A stretch of 64,000 nucleotides of DNA from Centroscyllium fabricii (lineage: Eukaryota). Both the position numbers and the translations under genes were made by a program. Positions 46,962 through 57,231 of this stretch are shown here, piece after piece. The stretch is taken from assembly GCA_051313645.2 (NCBI GenBank), contig JBNRSN020000014.1, positions 138,012,001 through 138,076,000 of the forward strand, in the 5' to 3' direction. The notes under the pieces were generated by a model, which had not been told where the DNA came from, searched no databases, and saw only the letters and a list, made by a program, of their open reading frames with translations. The first letter of the stretch is position 1; each line of letters starts with the position of its first letter.

Positions 46962-47902
46962 TGTGGTGCCCCGATACCCTCTCAGTGCTCCACTGAGTTA
47001 GAAACCCACCACAATCATCATGGCGGCCGACCTTATCAGTGACGCAGACCCCTGCGGCAGGTAATTGAAGACCAATACTTTCCAAGCTATTTCTTCGACA
47101 GGTTCAGCACCATAGAAAGGGCCATGGCACAGAGGCAGAGTGGGGATTTTCCTTTCTCAGGCAGCACACCTGAATGGCATCGACCTGATTACCAAACAGC
47201 CAGAGGAAGCATGGGGAATGCGAGCTCAAGTGGGCTGCATTCCCTAATTGACACTAATCACTCTGGCAGCCTTTTTATACAGAGTGTGGTAATATTAAAC
47301 AGACTTCTGGGGGAAGACTAAGGGGTGAACTCTGTACATGTCACTTCCTGTTTTCTATTCGTATAAATACTGGAACTGCTCAGTATGGGAGAACGCTTCA
47401 CCTGGAAGCATGGTAAAACCCGACTTTGTACATAGTGATAATGTAGCGGATTAAAGCTTTGCTTTAAGTTATTGATGTATCAGACTCCATTATTACATCA
47501 CAGAGCAGAAGGACAAAGAGGGAGTACATTGGACCTCGCTACAGAGAGGATGCTGAACCTCTCCCCGGACCAGAGCCTCCTTTCCTACTCCTTGGGCGGT
47601 AAGCGGCCATTGGCCCAGAAACCTAGAATTTAATAGGAATTCTTGAAGTGAAGCTTGTGAATACTATGGAAGATTGGAATCTGTGAAATGCATGTAGAGT
47701 TGGAGGTGATTCAAGTCTCTGTCACGCCCCAACTAGAGTGCGGTAGCTCTCACCTACAGGAAGAACCTGAGTTGCCTTTTCTTCCCAACTCCTTTCCCAC
47801 ATCTTCTCGAATTAATATTTTTTTCATTGAATTTCTGACTCCAGTTGCTTTGTTTTGGTTTTGCTTTGTTGACCACACCCTCGCATAGCTGGGCAGTCTA
47901 CA
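46962..47902 (+). repeat. 5' LTR of the Gmr1-type element
   Basis: TGTGGTGCCCC...GGGCAGTCTACA; homologous to 53660-54503; TATA-like tataaat at ~47362. Confidence 0.9.
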
Positions 47903-47904
47903 TA

Positions 47905-47921
47905 TGGTGGAGAATGCTGGC
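47905..47921 (+). promoter_or_regulatory. Primer binding site, tRNA-Ala(AGC)-like
   Basis: tggtggagaatgctggc 2 nt after the LTR, complementary to the 3' end of vertebrate tRNA-Ala (...GCCC(A/G)CATTCTCCACCA) with about one mismatch. Confidence 0.8.
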
Positions 47922-47991
47922 TTTCTAACTCCACGCTATTGTGTGTTGACAAAGCAGGATAGAAACGAACAGTCAGGGGAGGAATAGTAAA

Positions 47992-49771
47992 ATGGATCCA
48001 GCAATGAAGGACCCTATCACCGCTCTCCTGCAGGCCCAGGTAACGCTGCAGACAGTGGTGGCTGAACATTGTGCTACATCACAGGCCAGGGAGAAAAAGA
48101 TGAGCCCACATGACTTGTTGACAAAGCTAACGCCCGAGGATGACGTTGAATTGTATCTGGAGCAATTTGAGAGGACGGCACTGTGGGGGAAATGGCTGAG
48201 GGGTGACTGGGGTAGCATCATAGCACCAGTTCTGACAGGGAAAGCACAAAAGGCCTGTTGAGATATGTCTGGCACTGACGCTGCCAATTATACCAAACTC
48301 AAGGCCGCCATCTTGGCCCAATATGGCTATAGTTTGCCAGCAAGAGCCCAGCGCTACCATCAATGGACCTATAACCCCAGCCTCCCTGCTCGAGCCCAAG
48401 TCACCGCCCTGAGCCAGTTGAACCGTAGCTGGCTGGTGGAAGGAGATGGTCCCTACAGAGTGGACTGACTGGTGCTCGACCGATGCACCCAAGCCCTCCC
48501 CCAAGACGCTAAGAGGTACATTGCCCAAAAGTGCCCACAAAGTTTAGAATTATTAATAGCTCTACTTGAGAATCACCAGGCCACCCAGGAGATGTTGCAT
48601 TCCACCCGGCCCGGGATCAAGAGAGTGGCCACCATGGCATCCAAGGCAGAGACAGTCCCCACCAAGTGTCACGGGGGGCCTATTCCTTTATATATGAGAA
48701 GCTGTTTTTGCTGTGTTCCCACAGCTGTTTTCAAGGAATAGGTCCCTAATTAAGTGATTATTGTTTAATTATCGTTGTTATTGTTCTTGTTGTGCTCTGT
48801 CTCAAGCCTCCCTGGATGATTGGCTATCACCCAATAGGGTACTTGCTGGGGTTAGCTTATAATCAGGAGCTTGGCTGAAGACAGATGCTGGATCATTGCA
48901 TCGTAATGCGTTATGGGACTGGACTGCCATTCCATTGTTCTTTCTTCTGGCCACTGGAAGGACGTGGTTTTCAGTTGTGCTGAGTGGAGGCCAGAGGCAG
49001 GGATTTCTGGTGCTCAGCCTGGGTTACTCAACAGGGGCATTGAGGTGGAACGCACTTCCCTCTGCCTTGACAGTGCTTCCTGCTATTGAAGACTCAGATA
49101 CGGACATTCATCTGTTTTGGTAAGGGAGTCCCCCTGCCGGTGTGATCTGGTGCGCTACTGCCAGACGTCCATGGAGTTAAGTCTCTGTGCAAGAGCTGTA
49201 GAAGTAGGACGGACCCATTTCCACTACATGGACATTTCATTTCATCACCCGAACCCTGGTTTGGACAATCGTCATCTAGAAGCATAGCTGTTCCCACTTC
49301 CTCGATGCAGAGGGTGTAAGGAGGTGTTCAGGCTCGTTGAGGAGGACTTGCTCGGTTCTCTTTGGGATTGAACTGTTATGCCAGGACTGGTACTTTGTGG
49401 GAGAATATCGCGCTTGATTGCGTGGCTTCTCTCTATTTCATTTCTCACTGTTTTTGGAAGTTTGTGCCGGTCTGTTTCTAAGACTCGTGTTGTCTGTGTT
49501 CTATATATTATTGTATGTTTAGGGTATTTAATGGGGTTTAGTAATAAAAGTTGTTTAGTTTTATAACGTTTCAGTGTCCCTGCATTTGGGCCCTGCCTTC
49601 ACTCCGATCACACCCCACCGTTACACCAAGAGAGCAACAGGATCTCCTGAGCCCCAACACCCTGGGTCCGCCCTACCCAACCCCTTGATAAACTAGGAAA
49701 ATCAATGTTATTTTGCCTGTGGGAAGGAAGGTCATCTGACTCGAGACTGCCCAGACTAAAATGTAACCATG
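47992..49771 (+). pseudogene. gag with SCAN-like capsid domain and CCHC knuckle (stops; split by a solo LTR)
   Basis: LTKLTPEDDVELYLEQFERTA...W...APVLTGKAQKA; YTKLKAAILAQYG...RYHQW; LDRCTQALP...CPQSLELLIALLE. Confidence 0.8.
48667..49625 (+). mobile_element. Solo LTR (959 bp) inserted in gag
   Basis: TGTCAC...GTTACA termini, 5-bp TSD CCAAG; 3' end (tttcagtgtc..gcatttgggccc) shared with the 41028 LTR. Confidence 0.9.
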
Positions 49772-51396
49772 CTTGAACATATTACCATTGAGCGGGAGGA
49801 GGTACTAGCGGTTTTAGCAGGCTTAAAAGTGGATAAATCCCCAGGCCCGGATGAAATGGATCCCAGGCTGCTGTGAGAGGCAAAGGAAGAGATCGCAGGG
49901 GCTCTGACACAAATTGTCAGGACCTCTCTGGTCACAGGGGATGTGCCAGAGGACTGGAGAACAACTAACATAGTACCACTATTCAATAAAGGTAGTAGGG
50001 ATAAACCAGGGAATTACAGGCCAGTGAGCCTAACCTCAGTGGTAGGGAAATTATTGGAAAAAATTCTGAGGGACAGAATTAGTATTCACTTGGAGAGGCA
50101 AGGATTAATCAAGGATAGTCAGCATGGCTTTGTCAAGGGAAGATCATGTCTGACCAACTTGATTGAATGTTTCGAGGGGGTGACTAGGTGTGTGGATGAG
50201 GGTAGTGCAGTGGATGTGGTATACATGGATTTCAGTAAGGCTTTTGATAAAGTCCCACATAGGAGACTGGTCAAGAAGGTAAGAGCCCATGGGATCCAGG
50301 GCACCTTGGCACCGTGGATCCAAAACTGGCTTAGTGGCAGAAGGCAGAGGGTGATGGTCAAAGGTTGTTTTTGTGACTGGAAGCCTGTGTTGAGCGGGGT
50401 ACCACAGGGATTGGTGCTGGGTCCCTTCCTGTTTGTAGTCTACCTTAATGAATTGGATATGAATGTAAAAGGTATGATCAGTAAGTTCGCTGAAGACACA
50501 AAAATTGGTGGGGTGGTAGATAGTGAGGAGGGAAGCCTCAGTCTGCAGGACGATATAAATGGGTTGGTCAGATGGGCAGAGCACTGGCAAATGGAATTTA
50601 ACCCTGAAAATTGCGAGGTGATGCATTTTGGAAAGACTAACAAGGCAAAGGAATACACAATGAATGGTAAGATCCTAGGAAAGACAAAGGATCAGAGGGA
50701 CCTTGGTGTGCATGTACATAGATCCCTGAAGGCAGCAGGACAGCTGATAAGGTGGTTAAAAAGGCATATGGGATACTTGCCTTCATTAGCCAAGGCATAG
50801 AATATAAGAGCAGGGAGGTTATGATGGAGCTGTACAAAATGTTGGTAAGGCCACAGCTGGAGTATTGTGTGCAGTTCTGGACGCCAAACTATAGGAACGA
50901 TGTGATTGCTTTGGAGAGGGTGCAGATGAGATTCACCAGGATGTTACCTGGGTTGGAGCGCTTCAGCTATGAAGAAAGACTGGACAGGCTGGGGTTGTTT
51001 TCCTTGGAGCAGAGAAGGCTGAGGGGGGACCTGATTGAGATGTACAAAATTATGAGGGGCATAGATAGGGTTGATAGAAAGGAACTTTTTCCCTTGATAG
51101 AGGGGTCAATAACAAGGGGGCATAGTTTCAAGGTAAGGGGCAGGAGGTTTAGAGGGGATTTGAGGAAGAACTTTTTCACCCAGAGGGTGGTTGGAATCTG
51201 GAACTCACTGCCTGAAAGGGTGGTAGAGGCAGGAACCCTCACAACATTCAAGAAGCCTTTAGATGAGCACTTGAGATGCCAAAACATACAAGGCTACGGA
51301 TCAAATGCAGGAAAATGGGTTTAGAATAGACAGGGCTTGATGGCCGGCACGGACACGATGGGCCGAAGGACCTCTTTCTGTGCTGTAAAACTCTAT
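49772..51396 (+). mobile_element. CR1 LINE, 5'-truncated, inserted at the gag/PR boundary
   Basis: ORFs 49943-50800 and 50752-51324 with CR1 RT and C-terminal motifs (FFTQRVVGIWNSLP), 3' UTR and actctat tail. Confidence 0.95.
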
Positions 51397-52325
51397 GGGC
51401 GAACAATTGGCGCCTTAGAGCTGGCCCATTAGCGGCAAATATCGGCGCTAATGGGGCAGCGCCGAAAATCGGCACTAATGGGGCAGCGCCGACGTAGCGC
51501 CCAAATTAGCGCCGGGCGCTAAATTGGACTAGTGGTTAGCGCCGGTGCTAAACCTTAGCGCTGCGCCGCCTGGTGATCAACAATCGTCATGGCAATGCGT
51601 GTGCAACGCCCGCCGGCGGGTTATGCCCGATATTGGGCTTAGCGCGGGGGTTGGTGGAAAGGCGCTATCAGCGCCAGCTTTTGCAAGCGCTGCAGTGGGT
51701 TTGAGTGGCTGCTGCAGCGCTGTTAAAAGGGCCACTCTCCCTCTTCGGTCTGAGCGCGGCCAGCTGATGGGGGGAGTTGGCCTGAGCGGCCAATTGATGA
51801 GAGAGCGGGGAGGGGGGCCGGCTCTCTGATCAGTTGCCGCTGGGGGATCGCCCGACCCCCCCGATCGGGGGGTGTTACACTGGGAAGCTGAGGGGGCTCT
51901 GACTTCCTGAAGATAAATTCAGGAAGAATGAAAACAGAACACAGCGTGATTCCTGACAGAAGACCGCAGATTCGGGGGCCGGCTCTTGGATCAGTTCCCG
52001 TTCTGGGGTTCGGGTGATCCCCCAGCGGCAACTGATCAGAGAGCGCGGAGAACAGCTGCTGCTCTGCTTCCCCTTTAAGGCCTCATCGGCTGTAGAGGCC
52101 ATGGGGAAGCAAGCAGTTAGTGAGGGAGCGCTGCGCCCAGCACGGCCATTAGCGGCAGTATATTGGCCGCCTGGAAGACGTGCAAGGCGTGAATTCATGC
52201 CAAAATTATCAAGGCCACCGCTAGCGCCAATATCGTCTGCATCGGCGCTAATTTAGCGCCGGCGCTAAATTTTAGCACATCGCCAAATTTAGCGCCCAGT
52301 CCGTGCGCTGATGAATTTTTCGGCC
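51397..52325 (+). mobile_element. Non-autonomous Harbinger (MITE), subfamily B, copy 1
   Basis: Termini gggcgaacaattgg ... gaatttttcggcc, TAT on both sides; left ~150 bp homologous to the 3139 element. Confidence 0.9.
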
Positions 52326-52336
52326 TATGACTCTAT

Positions 52337-53239
52337 GGGTGAAAAATTGGCACCTTAGAGCTGGCCCATTAGCGCTGAAAATCGGCGCTAATGGGGCAGC
52401 GCTGACGTAGCGCCCAAATTAGCGCCGGGCGCTAAATTGGACTAGTGGTTAGCGCCGACGCTAAACTTTAGCGCTGCGCTGCCTGGCGATCAACAATCAT
52501 CGTGACAATGCGTGTGCAACGCCCGCCGGCGGGTTACGCCCAGTATTGGGCATAGCGCGGGGGTTGGTGGAAAGGCGCTATCAGCGCCAGCTTTTGCAAG
52601 CGCTGCGGCGGGTTTGAGTGGCCGCTGCAGCGCTGTTAAAAGGGCCACTCTCCCTCTTCGGTCTGAGCGCGGCCAGCTGATGGGGGAAGTCGGCCTGAGC
52701 GGCCAATTGATGAGAGAGCGGGGAGGGTGGCCGGCTCTCTGATCAGTTGCCACTGGGGGATCGCCCAACCCCCCGATCGGAGGGTGTTACACTGGGAAGC
52801 TGAGGGGGCTCTGACTTCCTGAAGATAAATTCTGGAAGACTGAAAACGGAACACAGCGTGATTCCTGACAGAAGACCGCAGATTCAGGGGCCGGCTCTCT
52901 GATCAGTTCTCGATCGGTGGGTCGGGCGCTTCCCCCAGCGGCAACTGACCAGAGAGCACGGAGAACAGCTGCTGCTCTCCGTCCCCTTTAAGGCCTCATC
53001 GACTGCAGAGGCCATGGGGAAGCAAGCATTTAGTGAGGGAGCGCTGCGCCCGGCAACGGCCATTAGTGGCAGCATATTGGCCACCTGGAAGACGTGCAAG
53101 GCGTGAATTCGCGCCAAAATTATCAAGGCCACCACTAGCGCCAATATCGGCCGTGTCAGTGTTAATTTAGCACCTGCGCTAAATTTTAGCCCATCGCCAA
53201 ATTTAGCGCCCAATCCGTGCGCTGATGAATTTTTTGGCC
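52337..53239 (+). mobile_element. Non-autonomous Harbinger (MITE), subfamily B, copy 2
   Basis: Diverged direct repeat of copy 1, separated by tatgactctat and followed by a degenerate tail unit tttgacacta. Confidence 0.9.
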
Positions 53240-53249
53240 TTTGACACTA

Positions 53250-53659
53250 AGACCGCAGTCACGTCAGATCCTCTGGGATTCCTCTGCAGGTACCTCACCA
53301 CGTGTTGGGCCCATGAGGGACCAAGTGCACCCAAGTTCCACATCAAAGTGGCAGGACGGGATACTGAGGCCTTACTCGATTCGGGGAGCATGGTCAACCT
53401 GATCTGGCCCGAGTTTGCCGGGACCACCCTAGGTGAGGAAATTACAGTTTTGTGTATTTGTGGTGACACTAAGCGGTATCCGACCGCAGATGTTGTCATG
53501 TTAACCCCCCGAGGCCAGGCTACAGTGCGAGCAGGTGTGCTGGAACAACTGCCGGTCCCTGTGCTGGTGGGGCGGGATTGCCCCCTGTTTATCAAGTATT
53601 GGATGGAGGGTCCGGAGAGCGTGAAGAAAAGGGTTGGGCGAAGTATCCGGAAAATACGT
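53250..53659 (+). pseudogene. Retrotransposon aspartic protease region
   Basis: IKVAGRDTEALLDSGSMVNLI...VLCICGD...YP...VPVLVGRDCP. Confidence 0.88.
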
Positions 53660-54503
53660 TGTGGTGCCCCGATCGCCTCTTGGTGCTCCACCGCGTTAGA
53701 AAGCCACCGCAACCATCATGGCGGCCGACCATATCGGCGACGCAGACCCCTGGGGCAGGTAATTGAAGACCAATACCCTCCAAGCTATCTCGTCGACAGG
53801 TTCAGCACCATGGAGAGGGCCATGGTAACTCGGCGAACTACTGGCTACTTCAGCACCATGGACCGGGCCGTGGCACAGAGGCAGAGTGGGGATTTTACAT
53901 TCTCAGGCAACACACCTGAATGGCATCGACCTGATTACCAAACAGCCAGAGGCAGCATGGGGAATGCGAGCACAGGTGGGCCACATTCTCTAATTGACAC
54001 TAATCACTCTGGCAGCCTTTTTATACAGAGCACAAAGACAAAAGGGAGAGAGTGCGTTGGACCTCGCTCCAGCGAGGGTGCCGAACCTCTCCCCGGACCA
54101 GAGTCTCCTCTCCTGAGCCTTGGGTGGTAAGCGGACATTGGCCCAGAAACCTAGAATTTAAAAGGAATTCTTGAAGTGAACCTTGTGAATACTATAGAAG
54201 ATTGAAATCTGTGAAATGCATAGAAGACTGGAACCTGTGAAGGGCCTGTAGAGTTGGGGGTTTTTAAAGTCTCTGTCACCCCCCAGCTAGAGTGCGGCAG
54301 CTCTCACCTACCGGAAGGACCAAACGGATTCGACTAAGGACTGGACACCCCGAGTGAAGCCCTGACCAGGAAGAACCTGAGTTGCCTTTTCTCCCCAACA
54401 CCTTTTCAAAAATAAATCTTTTCTTTGTGGAATTTCTGACTCTGGCTGCTTTGTTTCGGTTTTGCTTTGTCGACCACACCCTCGCATAGCTGGGCAGTCT
54501 GCA
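53660..54503 (+). mobile_element. Solo LTR of the same Gmr1-type family inserted in pol
   Basis: Homologous to 46962-47902; TG...CA termini; 4-bp TSD ACGT; no PBS downstream. Confidence 0.92.
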
Positions 54504-54747
54504 ACGTTCAAAGAGACCTCTTGACGCCCATCCAGCCTATGCAGGCCTCTCGGGGGTAGACATACCTAGGACGGCCGACTCTGCAGCAGAGATGAGAGGT
54601 CGAACTCTCCCATCCGAGTCCACCGCCACCGCTTCGGAAGCAGGAGTGAGGACCCGGTCAGCCCTCGAGGAGGTTGACACAGGAGAGGCCTTCTCCGAGT
54701 TATCCCAACGCCAGTGGGGGCAGCCATGAAGCACCAGCCACTATGGG

Positions 54748-56082
54748 ATGGCGCAACTACAAGACCCCAACCTGGCTCAGGTGTGGCGTGATGTCCAGGA
54801 GATTGAGGGGCAGATACAAGAGGGGGTAAGAGAAACTACAAATCCACATTTTATGGTTGAACAGCGGTTACTGTATCGAGTGTGTAAGGCTGGCGAAGAA
54901 GTCTGCAAACAGTTGTTGGTTCCTACGTCTTACATTTCTAAGGTCCTGTATCTGGCCCACTCTCACCTCCTGGGAGCACACCTGGGAGCAGAGAAGACGT
55001 ATGACCGTATCCTCTCCCGGTTCTACTGGCCCGGTGTGAAGAGGGCCATCAAGGAGTATTGCCGCCACTGCACTAAGTGTCAACTCCACAGCCCCAAGGT
55101 AACCTACAAGAATCCTCTAATCCCTCTGCCCATCATAGAGGTTCCCTTCAGCCGCATCGCCTTGGACATAGTGGGCCCCCTCCCAAAGTCCAGCCGTGGC
55201 CACAAATACATCCTGGTTATCATGGATTACGCCACCCAGTTCCCCGAGGCCATTCCATTGCGGACCGCCACTGGGAGAGCAATGGCAAAGGAACTGTTCA
55301 GCCGGGTGGGTATTGCCGATAAAATACTCACTGACCAAGGGTCATGTTTTATGTCCACCGTGATGAAGGCAATGTGTCGGCTGCTGAAGGTAAACCAGCT
55401 GAGGACCTCAGTCTATCACCCCCTAATGGATGACCTGGTAGAAAGGTTCAACCGCACCCTGAAACAGATGATGCGGTAGATGATCGAAACGGATGGTAAG
55501 GACTGGGACCAGCTCTTACCATACTTGCTCTTCTCTGTCCGGGAGGTTCCCCAGGGGTCCACTGGATTTTCCCCACTCGAGCTGCTGTATGGACGGCGAT
55601 CCCGCGGGGTGCTTGACCTGGCCAGAGAAACTTGGGAGCAGCAACCCTCCCATCACAGCACCGTCATCGACCATGTGGTGCAGATGCACCAACGGATGGC
55701 CCGAGTCTGGCCCATGGTCCGGGAACACATGCAACAGGCACCGCTGGCCCAGGCTCGGATCTACAACCACAGAGCCCAGGTTAGAGAATTCCGGCCTGGC
55801 GATAAGGTGATGGTCCTCGTTCCCACACATGAGTGCAAATTCTTGACTGACATGGACCATATGAGATAATCAAAAAGACGGGGCCTGTGAACTACCAGGT
55901 GATACAGCAGCGGCATCTCAGAGCCACCCAGATTTATCATACTAACCTGTTGAAACGATGGCATGAACCTGTGCAACCGTCGGCACAGGCTCCATCTGCT
56001 CATGTCACCCACCAGGCCGCATCGGAAGTACAACTGGAAAAACAGCTGACAACCCACCAGGTTCAGGACCTGAGAGAGCTCT
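54748..56082 (+). pseudogene. Integrase (HHCC zinc finger, DDE core, C-terminal region), disrupted
   Basis: HSHLLGAHLG...RFYWPG...CRHCTKCQ; DIVGPLP...DYAT; TDQG; ERFNRTLK; TGFSPLELLYGR; in-frame stop at 55479. Confidence 0.93.
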
Positions 56083-57231
56083 GATATCAAATCTCAACAT
56101 AACATCCCGATACCACACCCCAATATCACATACCGATATCACTCCCGATCTCGCACCTCAATATCATACCACGAACATCACACCCCGATATCATACCTCC
56201 ATATCACACCCCGATAACACTCCCAATATCAGACTCCGATATCACACCCCGATTTATCGCACCCGATTTCACACTTCAATATCATACCAGATATCACACT
56301 TCAATATCACACCCTAACATCTCACCCCGATATCAAATCCCGATATCACACCCCAAAATCAAACCCGAATCACACCCCGATCTCACACCCTAATATCACA
56401 TCCCGATATCACACCCCAATATCACATACCGATATCACTCCCGATCTCACACCTCAATATCACACCGGATATCACTCCCTAATATCACACTCCGATATCA
56501 CACCACAATAACACACACCGATATCACTCCCCAATATCAGACCCCAATATCACTCCCGATATCGCACCCAATATCATGGCCGATATATCACCCCAATACC
56601 AGACCTCGATATAATATCCCAGTATCACAATCCGATATCACACCCCGATATCTCACCCTGATAGCACACCCTGATATCACACCCCGATATCATACCTCAA
56701 TATCACAACCCGTTATCACACCCCAATATCACTCCCGATATCACCCCCGAAAGCACACCCGATTTCACACACCGATATCACACCCAATATCACACCCTGA
56801 CCTCACACCCCAACATCTCACCCCGATATCAAATCCTGATATCACACCCCGATATCACATCCCAATATCACATACCAATATCACTCCCGATCTCACACCT
56901 CGATCACACCGGATATCACTCCCTAATATCACACCCGAACATCACATCCCGATATCACACCCTGATATTACACCCCAATATCAATCTCGATATCACACAC
57001 TTTTAGCACATCCTGTTATCACACCCCGATATCACTCCCAATATCACACCGGATGTCACACCTCGATAGCACACCCTGATATCACAACCGATAACACACC
57101 CCGATATCATTCCTGATACCACACCCCGATATCACACCACAACATCACACCTGGTATCTTTCCCGATATCACTCCCAATATCAGACACCGATATCACACC
57201 CCAACATCACACCCCGATATCACCCCCGATA
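56083..57231. repeat. Satellite array (12/13-bp units)
   Basis: Tandem ATATCACACCCCG variants. Confidence 0.96.

Larger units (their letters stand above)
46962..56082 (+). mobile_element. Gmr1-type Gypsy LTR retrotransposon (5' LTR, SCAN-like gag, PR, IN), 3'-truncated, multiply nested
   Basis: LTR followed by PBS, gag, zinc knuckle CGKEGHLTRDC (~49718), protease ALLDSGS, then integrase with no intervening RT. Confidence 0.9.

Noticed and set aside
51400-53240. CpG-island promoter with small ORFs
   Set aside because: The GC/CpG richness is intrinsic to the two MITEs and the ORFs are not preserved intact between copies.
53225-54130. 301-aa ORF as a novel protease fusion
   Set aside because: Chance read-through from the MITE end through the Gypsy protease into a solo LTR.
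46962-54503. Complete LTR-to-LTR element
   Set aside because: The outer flanks share no TSD, the second LTR has its own ACGT TSD, and integrase lies beyond it.
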